Shown here piece after piece: positions 19,053-27,384 of a stretch of DNA of 64,000 nt. Position 1 is the first letter of the stretch, and each line of letters starts with the position of its first letter. The stretch lies in contig PFDR01000023.1 of NCBI GenBank assembly GCA_002772545.1, positions 654-64,653 on the forward strand, given 5' to 3'. The notes beneath the pieces were generated by a model, which worked only from the letters and a program-made list of their open reading frames with translations, had not been told where the DNA came from and did not search any database. This DNA comes from Candidatus Peregrinibacteria bacterium CG10_big_fil_rev_8_21_14_0_10_49_10. Lineage in GTDB: Bacteria; Patescibacteriota; Gracilibacteria; Peribacterales; Peribacteraceae. A program made the translations under genes and the position numbers.

Positions 19053-22000
19053 GTGCAGAGACTACTCTCAAAAACAGGGGTTGTACTTTCCCTTCTGGTG
19101 ACACCGCTCACCATTGGGCTCGTGCACACCGCAACCATCTGGAGCAATGCTCGGGCAACTTTGTCTACAACTCAGAACACTGGTTGCTTTTACTGGCGTG
19201 ATCCGTGTTTAAAGCAAGGAAAGTGGGTCGAAAAGTGTTCATTGGCTCCGCGTTTTGAACGCGTCCAATGTAACATAGACGAATGTAACGTAGGTAAATG
19301 CACAAAAAATGGAGCACTTCTTACGGAAACAGGGACCGTTGGCATAGTGGAAGAGATACAGCTGTATATTCCGCGCCGACTGAAAGTGGAAATCCAGAAA
19401 GAAGCTCCGGAACCTGACCCCGTACTCCAATCGGGCTGTTACTTCTGGTACGACCCCTGTCCGGAAACAAGTAAAACCTGCACACCTCCTCCGAGGGTTA
19501 TTCATACCACATGTGACGATGTGCGTTGCAACCTCGGCCCCTGTGGAGAACCCGAGATAGTCTCCTTTAATGAGAATATGTCGGAACAACAGGAGGCAGA
19601 TCTTGTCACGGTGGATCTGCATGATTTTAACGGTGACGGAATGACGAATATCAAAGATAAAGAAATGCAGCAGGAAATAGCAAAGGACATCCTCAGTAAG
19701 CGAACTGTTACAGACACAAAGGAAAAGAAGGAAGAAATTGATTCACTCCGAAAAGCTGCTCCGCGGATGCGGGAGGGATGTTTCGATTCCAAAGGTGAAT
19801 GGATACAAGAAGCCACTGCCTGCGCAGAAGACCAAACGTCCTTCCTATTGCAATCATTTGAAATCGCCGATAGCCGTACAGGAGCCGTGATTGCAGATTT
19901 GGAAAATGAAAAAAAGTGGCAAAAGACCATTACTGCAACACTGTTCCAGGAAACAGTAAGCCAGCAACAGGTAGAACTCACACGCATCATGGGAAAGGGC
20001 ATCTACCGTTTAGCCATGCTGCATGAACGAAAGGATCTTTCTCAAACATTCCGGAAGAATCTCGAAAAAAGCATGCAGAACGTAAGTTCGCTCTACAATT
20101 CTCTGCTTACAAAAGGGCAACGCACGGAAGAGGAGCTGCAGGACACATCTCTGACCATGCAGAAGGAATTTTCATTTATAGAAACACTACTGGAAGATGA
20201 AGACCGCACAAAGCGCATAGAGAAAGAGGCATTGCAGGCACCTGCAGAGAGCGAAGGAGAAGAAGGTATGGGAGTAGGGGAAACAGATATAGTTCCCGTA
20301 CAGGAAGAACAGACTCCTTCTACGGAAGAAGTACCTCAACCTACACCGCACAACGACATTCTTGAAATTGTACAGAAGACGCAAAAGCTTCTGGATACAG
20401 TAAAAACAACCATGGTCATGTATGAAGAAAATGGCATTGTTCTACCCCCCACCGCTCGCAAGGCGTACGAAGAGGCTCTGGCTCTTTTTGTGAAAATAAA
20501 ACCTGTGTGTGAGGAAAACACGGAAGCCTGTGTACGTCTTTGGGATGTCTTTAGCATTATAGAAACACGGATGCAGGGACCCATGGTGGCTGCGTTGTAC
20601 TCAAGCGGCAGCAAAGATGTGATACAGAAAATTGAATCTCTGTTCCGTGAAGGAGAAGAACTCGGGCCAAATATGCCGGGTACACCTCCGCCGCATGGAG
20701 AGTGTGATCTGATTGTGGGAACAGATGCAGCTCAGAAATCCATGCGTGAATGGTGCAAACAACGCAGAAATCAGGAACCAAACGGCTATGGAACAGGATA
20801 TCCTCCTTACGGGAACAACCAACCCGGAGTGGGGGGCGGACACCCGGACGATGTGTCCGGCAATCGGAGGTTCTGGACGATGAATGGAGAGAGCTTTCGT
20901 GTAGATACGGTGGAACAGTGTGACACACTGGGAGAAAAGAACACCTGGTCAACAGAAGAGAAGAAATGGTGCAGAATGATGTTTGATGACCACCACGGAT
21001 CTTATGAAGATGCAAAGAGAGAATTTTGGGACAAAAAAGGCAATAGACATGAAATACTTTCCCGGGAAGACTGTGCAACGCTTGCCGAACAGGGCGCTAT
21101 AGAACAGAGTGAAACAGACGAGTGCTACAAAGTATTTGACGAGGGATACAGCACTCCGGATGAAAGAAGACACAGCCCCTACTTCTGGGATAGCAAAGGC
21201 AACAGGTACGACGTGAAAACCGAAAAAGAATGTACAGAGCTTGCCACCAAAAACAAGTGGAGCGAAGAAGAGAAGGGTTGGTGTGTCATGATGTTTAGGC
21301 CTGAAATGTATATGGTCAGTCCGCCTCCTCAGGAAAAGTATGCAAGCGGAAGTATCACAGGAAGCTCCGAACACATCTACTGGTCAGCTTCAAAGAACAA
21401 GTCATTTGGCATAAAAACAACAGCTGATTGCGACGCGCTTGTTGCGAAAGCAGCAATTCCTTCCGCAGAAAAACAGTGGTGCTATGATGCTTTAAAAGAT
21501 TGGGGAGCGGGCATGGGAGGAACCACGAGCTACAGAATGTACTGGTCACCTTCAAGGCAGCAGTCATTCAATGTTCCCAGTAGAGGAGACTGCGACAAGC
21601 TCCTTTCAGACGGAAAGATTCCGCGTACAGAAAAAGAGATGTGCTACACGGCATCGGACAGCAGAGGAAGTGGTGGCGGTGGAGGAATGGGGTCCGTATC
21701 GTACTGGTCACCGTCCAAAAACAAATCGTTCACCGTTACAACCACAGTGGAATGTGACAACCTTGTCACAAGAAAAGACATCCCGTCTACAGAGAGAGAA
21801 ATGTGTTACAGGAGTATGGGAGGAGGTGGCGGAACAGGATCCCGGAGTTATTGGTCAGCTTCTAAACAACGGTCTTTCAGCGTCTGGAATACCAAAGACT
21901 GTGATGCGCTGGTTCCGGGAAGTATCCCCGAATCGGAACGAAAAATGTGCTACGACGCACTCGGGAATTACCCGGAAGGCACGGGGAGTTCCTCCTACTG

Positions 22001-23447
22001 GTACTGGTCGGGCACTGCAAACAAATCCTTTGAAATACGAAGTACCGCAGACTGTGACCGCCTTGTAACAGACAAAAAGATTGCTGCATCCGAAAAGGAT
22101 ATGTGCAACGCCTCCATGAGCACCGGAGGATGGAACGGATGGAAAAATCCCGAATGCCAGACCAGCAAGTGTTACTGGTCTTCCTACGCACAGAAAGAAT
22201 ACCCCGTGAGCAGCGAAGCAGATTGTGACGCTCTCATACTCAAAGGATACATACAATCTTCGGAACGCGACTGGTGCGTTATGGCAACCAAGAACTGGGG
22301 GACTGGAAGCAGCAGTTCCTATGGGAGTTGGAGCAGTTACGGCACGTGGTCCGTCTGGTACAGGTCACCTTCTCGCAATCAATCATTCACCATCACATCC
22401 CGGACAGACTGCGATAGAATGATTACCGAAAACATGATCCCCGCAACAGAGAAGGAAATGTGTTACAGCGTCCTAGTAGGTGGCAGTACCGGAAGCGTAA
22501 GCAGCTACTACAGTTCATACAGCAGTACGAGCAACAGTAGTAGGAGTTATAGCAGCAGTTCCCGGAGCAGTGCATCCTCCTCTTCCGGAAGCGGGCATGA
22601 ATACTGGTCTACCAAAGGTGTGCGGTACTGGGTGAATGACGAAGCCCACTGCGATACGCTCGCCGGTCAGAATGGATGGTCAGAAAACGACAGGAGCTGG
22701 TGCAAACAGATGTTTACCGGTTATACCGGAGGAACGAGTTACGAGTACTGGACAAGCACCGGAGAGCACTACTGGGTTAAACAGGCAACAGACTGCGACT
22801 ATATGGCTATAGACCATGGGTGGAGTGACCAAGACAAACAATGGTGCAGATCCATGTTTAGCGGGAGCAGCGGCGGGGGAGAAACAAGCACCACCACAGA
22901 AGGAAGCTACGGAGGAGGAAGCAGCGGCGGAAGTTATACAGGAGGAACAACGGACGGCGTGTACTGGTACTGGTCCGATTACGCAAAAAAATCCTTTGAG
23001 ATCCGTAGCATGGAAGACTGCGAAACGCTCATCTCCAATAAAGAAATTCCCGAATCCGAACGTGACTGGTGCAGTGCGTCTATGAGCACCGGAGGATGGA
23101 GCGGGTGGAGCAATCCCGAATGCCAGACCAGCAAGTGCTACTGGTCGTCTTCCGCACAGAAGGAATACCCTGTAAGCAGCGAAGCAGACTGCGACGCACT
23201 CATTTCCAGCGGCTCCATACCTTCTTCGGAACGGGATTGGTGCGTTATGGCAACAAAAGACTGGGGAGACAGTGGCAGTACAAGTAGCTGGGGCAGCGGA
23301 GACAGCTGGAGCAGTTTTGACCCCTCCTTCTGGTCACCCACTGCACAGAAGACGTTTAACGTCTGGACACACGATGACTGTGGCTACAGAGGAGTACCCG
23401 ACGCCGATTTGCAACTCTGCTACGACGCCGTAGACGCCAAGTACTAG
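19053..23447 (+). CDS. giant secreted protein with about 15 tandem two-cysteine modules
   Basis: 1464 aa with a signal-like N-terminus. Two 6-Cys modules follow the pattern GC[FY][FY]W.DPC...C...C..CN.G.C. A coiled-coil/acidic middle is followed by about 15 repeats of roughly 45 aa, of type YWS.S...SF.[IV]....DCD.L.....IP..E+.MCY or FW...G..[YF].V....C..L...N.WS..E+.WC..MF. A poly-Ser tract is also present. Confidence 0.8.
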   Translation: MQRLLSKTGVVLSLLVTPLTIGLVHTATIWSNARATLSTTQNTGCFYWRDPCLKQGKWVEKCSLAPRFERVQCNIDECNVGKCTKNGALLTETGTVGIVEEIQLYIPRRLKVEIQKEAPEPDPVLQSGCYFWYDPCPETSKTCTPPPRVIHTTCDDVRCNLGPCGEPEIVSFNENMSEQQEADLVTVDLHDFNGDGMTNIKDKEMQQEIAKDILSKRTVTDTKEKKEEIDSLRKAAPRMREGCFDSKGEWIQEATACAEDQTSFLLQSFEIADSRTGAVIADLENEKKWQKTITATLFQETVSQQQVELTRIMGKGIYRLAMLHERKDLSQTFRKNLEKSMQNVSSLYNSLLTKGQRTEEELQDTSLTMQKEFSFIETLLEDEDRTKRIEKEALQAPAESEGEEGMGVGETDIVPVQEEQTPSTEEVPQPTPHNDILEIVQKTQKLLDTVKTTMVMYEENGIVLPPTARKAYEEALALFVKIKPVCEENTEACVRLWDVFSIIETRMQGPMVAALYSSGSKDVIQKIESLFREGEELGPNMPGTPPPHGECDLIVGTDAAQKSMREWCKQRRNQEPNGYGTGYPPYGNNQPGVGGGHPDDVSGNRRFWTMNGESFRVDTVEQCDTLGEKNTWSTEEKKWCRMMFDDHHGSYEDAKREFWDKKGNRHEILSREDCATLAEQGAIEQSETDECYKVFDEGYSTPDERRHSPYFWDSKGNRYDVKTEKECTELATKNKWSEEEKGWCVMMFRPEMYMVSPPPQEKYASGSITGSSEHIYWSASKNKSFGIKTTADCDALVAKAAIPSAEKQWCYDALKDWGAGMGGTTSYRMYWSPSRQQSFNVPSRGDCDKLLSDGKIPRTEKEMCYTASDSRGSGGGGGMGSVSYWSPSKNKSFTVTTTVECDNLVTRKDIPSTEREMCYRSMGGGGGTGSRSYWSASKQRSFSVWNTKDCDALVPGSIPESERKMCYDALGNYPEGTGSSSYWYWSGTANKSFEIRSTADCDRLVTDKKIAASEKDMCNASMSTGGWNGWKNPECQTSKCYWSSYAQKEYPVSSEADCDALILKGYIQSSERDWCVMATKNWGTGSSSSYGSWSSYGTWSVWYRSPSRNQSFTITSRTDCDRMITENMIPATEKEMCYSVLVGGSTGSVSSYYSSYSSTSNSSRSYSSSSRSSASSSSGSGHEYWSTKGVRYWVNDEAHCDTLAGQNGWSENDRSWCKQMFTGYTGGTSYEYWTSTGEHYWVKQATDCDYMAIDHGWSDQDKQWCRSMFSGSSGGGETSTTTEGSYGGGSSGGSYTGGTTDGVYWYWSDYAKKSFEIRSMEDCETLISNKEIPESERDWCSASMSTGGWSGWSNPECQTSKCYWSSSAQKEYPVSSEADCDALISSGSIPSSERDWCVMATKDWGDSGSTSSWGSGDSWSSFDPSFWSPTAQKTFNVWTHDDCGYRGVPDADLQLCYDAVDAKY

Positions 23448-23704
23448 GAGAAAGAAGAGGTAGTGGATTATGGGAACTGCTGGTTAGAGATGTAAAAAGA
23501 TAGAGAAGGAGTATAGACAAATTCTATAAGTTTAGTATTGTATGCTGCTGAAGCATCCCAAAGGTGTGGAAGGAAATGCTCCTTTACATCTTCGTTTCAA
23601 CTGTAAGAAATCTGCTCTTTAAGTTTCAACTCCGGCTCTGCAGAAATGCAGGGCTGGGGTTGAACGTTATAACTGAGAGTAGATTTCTTACACAGAAGAA
23701 AAAC

Positions 23705-24634
23705 TCACTCGCTGGGAATAAACCGTTCTTCAAACACATCCATAGCCATAAAGTGCTCTGAGTCTTTTTCTTCGGACTGCGTAAGTTCCTGTTCTATCTC
23801 TTTACGGAGAGTAGGGGGGAGTGCAGCACCCACCCGTATATGTTTAGATAAAAGATAGGCGATATTGCCACTGCGTAATGCAGCACTGAGTTGCTGCATA
23901 CGGCTGTGGTTCATAGGAATATTCCAGTCGAACATCTCTGCTACACGCCGGATGCTCTCAAAGTCCAGCGGAGAACCTATAGCCATTTCCACACACCGCA
24001 CGGCATCACGTAAAAACTGCACTGGTGTGAGGTAGGAATGAATTTCCGGATTGTTAACATTATCTCGTAGCAAGACTGTCTGCGTATGCACTACTTCGTA
24101 CGCAGCCCGAAAAGCAAGAGTGCGAAATTCCTTTTCCGCCGGAAAGCGTCCTTCAAAACAGGCAACGGCAGCAGGGTTTGCTTCCAGAGCAACCATATTT
24201 GCGCAGATGGTGATGTCGTCCCAGTTTTCAGCCTTCTGCAGGAGGTACAACGCTGTCTCCAGACGTTCGTGTGCAAGGCCTACAGAAATCTCATCACCCT
24301 CACGCAGCGCAGAATAGTCTCGTATGAGAATCTCAGCCAATGCAATCAGTTCCTTTGTGTCAAAGCTCAGTTGTACATCCTCTGATGCAACAGCCATATT
24401 GGTTTGTAGTGGTGCATCCCAAAAAGCATCTATGCTCTCCGGAGGAAGCTCTTCAGCATTACTGTCATAGGCATCGGGGTATAAAACGTCAAAAATGTCT
24501 GATTTTACAGAAGAAAGTAAAGACCATACGCTGCGGGAGAAGTCAGCAGCACTTTCCAACTGCGCATCTGCTGCAGCATGGTTATTGAGTGCATCCCGCA
24601 TGTTTAAAGTCGGTCCTTTAGAGAGGGTACTCAT
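23705..24634 (-). CDS. hypothetical protein
   Basis: 309-aa ORF with no recognisable motif. TATAAT lies 14 nt upstream of the ATG. Confidence 0.55.
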   Translation of the reverse strand: MSTLSKGPTLNMRDALNNHAAADAQLESAADFSRSVWSLLSSVKSDIFDVLYPDAYDSNAEELPPESIDAFWDAPLQTNMAVASEDVQLSFDTKELIALAEILIRDYSALREGDEISVGLAHERLETALYLLQKAENWDDITICANMVALEANPAAVACFEGRFPAEKEFRTLAFRAAYEVVHTQTVLLRDNVNNPEIHSYLTPVQFLRDAVRCVEMAIGSPLDFESIRRVAEMFDWNIPMNHSRMQQLSAALRSGNIAYLLSKHIRVGAALPPTLRKEIEQELTQSEEKDSEHFMAMDVFEERFIPSE

Positions 24635-24662
24635 ACGGTGTGTAAAGAATTATATACACTCT

Positions 24663-24866
24663 ATGGATTTTTTAGGTGGTGTCAACTTCCTTTGTTGTTT
24701 CATCAGAAATTTGCCCTCTTCCCCTTCCCCATGGTACTTTTTACGTACTGGTGGCTTAAATGACTGTTTCTTAACGCTCAATTTCTCTGAAGGAGGTGAT
24801 TCTATTGAAAAAGCTGACACTGCATACACGAAGAAGGCACCCCGCCTAAAAGAAGCTCTCAACTGA
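24663..24866 (+). CDS. small hypothetical protein (67 aa), putative leaderless gene
   Basis: ATG 24663 lies 6 nt after TATATA (24651-24656). The stop is followed 18 nt later by a strong intrinsic terminator. No homology recognised. Confidence 0.3.
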   Translation: MDFLGGVNFLCCFIRNLPSSPSPWYFLRTGGLNDCFLTLNFSEGGDSIEKADTAYTKKAPRLKEALN

Positions 24867-24883
24867 GAGCATAGCCGCCATCA

Positions 24884-24919
24884 AGCCTCAGTCCCCCTCA
24901 AAGGACTGAGGCTTTTTTC
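24884..24919 (+). terminator. rho-independent terminator
   Basis: AGCCTCAGTCC / GGACTGAGGCT 11-bp stem followed by TTTTTT. Confidence 0.75.
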
Positions 24920-25181
24920 ACAGAAAGATTTTTGATGAAAACAAAAGGAGGGGGTAGGCTTTTCGCAGTTACGTTCTTTTCTCCTTCCTGAAAGGAGGTG
25001 GCAATGCATAGACGCGTGTTCTAGCACATTGCTTCTTCGGCCCACCGAGTGCTCGTCCGCAAAGGTGGGAAGCAACTCCTGTGAGTCCATTGTGTTGATT
25101 TGTCATTTTGTCAGGGGAAGTGGATGCTTACAGGAGCAAGCCGAATCCCAGTCTGCTGCAAGGCAGACTGGGAAGATTTTA
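24920..25181 (+). ncRNA. candidate structured RNA / leader-type transcript of unknown class
   Basis: The region is bounded by two terminator hairpins. Helices: 25029-25034/25070-25075, 25041-25046/25064-25069 and 25076-25085/25127-25136. Hairpin CTCCTT/AAGGAG (24981-24997) sequesters a perfect SD, AAGGAGGTG, placed 3 nt before a 6-codon ORF (25004-25024, MHRRVF). The terminal hairpin CCCAGTCTGC/GCAGACTGGG spans 25147-25172. Confidence 0.3.
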
Positions 25182-25236
25182 TAAACAGAGACAATTCATT
25201 GTGTATATGTACGAATAAAGTACAATTTTCTTTCCA

Positions 25237-25500
25237 ATGCCATTTAAGTTCCTCATCGGGAAAAGCAGCGAGACCAAACAACCGACTCTGGAGGAACTCC
25301 TAGAATTGGATACAAAAGCCATTCGCAATCGGATTCACGGACTTAGCACAGACGCAAGACTAAAGATCGTACAGGCTGCCCGGAAAAGAATACAAGAAGG
25401 TCGCATAGGGGGAAAAGTGACGAAAAAAAGTCTGAGGAAATTTGGAGGTACACAGACTATTGAAAAGCTGGTAGTAATTGCAAACGCTTGTGGAGAGTAG
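25237..25500 (+). CDS. hypothetical basic protein (87 aa)
   Basis: ORF with TACAAT (25221-25226) 10 nt upstream. No recognisable family. Confidence 0.4.
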   Translation: MPFKFLIGKSSETKQPTLEELLELDTKAIRNRIHGLSTDARLKIVQAARKRIQEGRIGGKVTKKSLRKFGGTQTIEKLVVIANACGE

Positions 25501-25557
25501 GGGAGCCAAAAGTCGGTGCATAGCACATTACGCGTTGGTGTTATGAAAATGCATTCC

Positions 25558-25597
25558 GCGCTGGTGTTTGTAATGCATGCATATAAAACACCAGCGC
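25558..25597. terminator. bidirectional hairpin between convergent orf87 and xer
   Basis: GCGCTGGTGTTT (25558-25569) / AAACACCAGCGC (25586-25597), a 12-bp perfect stem. A third, direct, near-copy CGCGTTGGTGTT lies about 25 nt upstream. Confidence 0.55.
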
Positions 25598-25642
25598 ATG
25601 TTGCGTGCCTATCGTCAGACAGGTGTGTGCGTTGATATCACA

Positions 25643-26569
25643 TCATTTCCCATGGAACCTCTCATGGACATCCTTCAACTGTGGATTGGTCACATGGGTA
25701 TATATCTGGGTCGTACTCAGATCCGCATGCCCCAGTAATTCCTGTACAGATCGTAAATCAGCACCATTTCTGAGGAGATCGGTTGCGAAGGAGTGCCGGA
25801 GGGTGTGGGGCGAAGGGTCACTCACAATCCCTTCCTGCAGCGCGTATTTTTTCACGATGTTGTAGATGGAAATACGCGAGAGGCGAAACTCTTCACCGGG
25901 GGGCATTGCGGTACCTGTTTGCTGCATATTGCGGATAAAGAGGGGAGTGAGACTATCTAACCGGACTTCCAGGTATTCCTTGAGGGCCAAGCAGGCACGG
26001 TCCGAGAGAAAGACCACGCGAATTTTCCCTCGCTTACCACGCACCGAAATCTCACGAGTGTCAAAGTTTAGGTCTTTCGTATTCAGTCCCCGAAGTTCTG
26101 CCAAACGTAAACCGGTGGAAAAAAACATTTCGAGTATTGCCCTGTCTCTCTTGCCTATTTTTGTCGAAACGTCGGGGGACTCGAGGAGCCTCTTGAGCTC
26201 TTCAGCACGGAGTACTTTGACCTGACGCTCTTCCTGTTTGAACCTCTGTATGCGGTCGGGTGCGTAAATGCCCTCCATTTCCTCATCCTGCAGTAAATAT
26301 CGCAGGAAAGCCCGTAGGACGGTGAGATGGTAGTTTTTGGTAGTGATACTCAGGGGCTTGCCATTGCGGGCCGTAGCGGAATGGAGTTTAGATTTCAGCG
26401 TCCGAATGGTGAGTTTATGAATGTCTATGGCATCCGAGACGTCCAAAAGCTCCAACAGAAGGTCAAGCGAGCGCCTGTAATTGGCTACAGTGAGGGGGGA
26501 TTTGTTTTCCTCCGCCTGCATATACAGGACGTAGCGTTCCATGGCTTGCGAGAGCGGGGATTGGTTCAT
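25643..26569 (-). CDS. XerC/XerD-family tyrosine recombinase
   Basis: 308 aa. N-terminal SAM-like core-binding domain, HTLRHSFAT, and LGHADLSTTQIYTHV with the catalytic Tyr. Confidence 0.9.
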   Translation of the reverse strand: MNQSPLSQAMERYVLYMQAEENKSPLTVANYRRSLDLLLELLDVSDAIDIHKLTIRTLKSKLHSATARNGKPLSITTKNYHLTVLRAFLRYLLQDEEMEGIYAPDRIQRFKQEERQVKVLRAEELKRLLESPDVSTKIGKRDRAILEMFFSTGLRLAELRGLNTKDLNFDTREISVRGKRGKIRVVFLSDRACLALKEYLEVRLDSLTPLFIRNMQQTGTAMPPGEEFRLSRISIYNIVKKYALQEGIVSDPSPHTLRHSFATDLLRNGADLRSVQELLGHADLSTTQIYTHVTNPQLKDVHERFHGK

Positions 26570-26653
26570 CTAGAGATGAGAGTATTCGGATAAGGAATTT
26601 ACTGCTGAATAGGGCGGGGGACCCACAGGAGTGGCTTTTCCACATTCTCTATT

Positions 26654-26681
26654 ACTTAACATAATGCATTTTATGTTAATA
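26654..26681. other. dif: dif-like Xer recombination site
   Basis: ACTTAACATAA TGCATT TTATGTTAATA. Arms TTAACATAA/TTATGTTAA are 9-bp perfect inverted repeats around a 6-bp centre. The right arm equals the first 9 nt of the E. coli dif XerD arm TTATGTTAAAT (from memory). The site lies 85 nt upstream of the xer start. Confidence 0.55.
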
Positions 26682-26760
26682 TTCAATTGACTGTGGATAA
26701 CTTTATGATTCGTATCTGATAGATCGTAGGTCGTAGCAGATAAGACTCCTCTATGCACAT

Positions 26761-27384
26761 TTACTTTAATTGTTCATACATAAAATAGTACACGAGTCCC
26801 ACTGCTTCCCGCGCTACAGCTTTAAGCTCAAAAAGAAGAGTGGGCACTTCCCCGGCCGGGAGTGTACGAAGATCCTCCCAACCCTGGAGTTTTGCGAGGT
26901 AGGCAATGCGGGCAAGATGATAGCGATCAGAAATGCCCACAATAGAGGAACAGTCCCCTACAAGATCTTTTGTAAAAAGAAGGTTTTCCCAGGTGGAACG
27001 CGCCTGTTCCTCCAATACAACATCATCAGGATCCACACCATCGAGTAATGCAACCTTTCGCATAACCTCCGCCTCACTGTCAAGTTTTGCCGTACCCTTG
27101 CCACCGGTGAGAATAATGGTCTGCACATCACCCTGTTGGTACAACGCAGCCGCAGTTTGTACCCGACGCGTAATGGCCGGGCCCGGCTGAGAACCTCTCC
27201 ACACGGCAGCACCAAATACAATGGCACAATTCTTTGTGCCGGCTTGCCACTCCCCTCCTCCTGCCGTACCACTGAACTGAGAAACAATGTAGAGCATGAG
27301 AACTGCAAAAATAAAAGAAATGGCTAGCAGAAGCCTAAAAGTCCACGTACGGAGCCACCTTAGTTGGGCAGTACTTGGAATCAT
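26761..27384 (-). CDS. DUF218 (YdcF/SanA/ElyC-like) membrane-anchored protein
   Basis: AIVFGAAVW..PGPAITRRV..LYQQG..IILTGGKG...SEAEVM...STWENL...ISDRYHLARI pattern. Start ATG 27384 overlaps the upstream stop in an ATGA arrangement. Confidence 0.72.
   Translation of the reverse strand: MIPSTAQLRWLRTWTFRLLLAISFIFAVLMLYIVSQFSGTAGGGEWQAGTKNCAIVFGAAVWRGSQPGPAITRRVQTAAALYQQGDVQTIILTGGKGTAKLDSEAEVMRKVALLDGVDPDDVVLEEQARSTWENLLFTKDLVGDCSSIVGISDRYHLARIAYLAKLQGWEDLRTLPAGEVPTLLFELKAVAREAVGLVYYFMYEQLK

Noticed and set aside
24920-25181. Identification of the structured region as SRP RNA, RNase P RNA, tmRNA, 6S RNA or a known riboswitch
   Set aside because: I could not find the diagnostic motifs: the SRP domain IV GGAA/AGCAGC, the RNase P GAGGAAAGUCC, a tmRNA tRNA-like end, or the TPP, FMN, ZTP or fluoride cores. 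It is kept only as an unclassified candidate.
25643-26569. Tyrosine recombinase as a prophage or integrative-element integrase
   Set aside because: No phage or conjugation genes flank it. The sequence has the XerC/D-type C-terminal motifs, and a dif-like palindrome lies directly upstream. The tRNA-Gln repeats that might indicate integration are 28 kb away.
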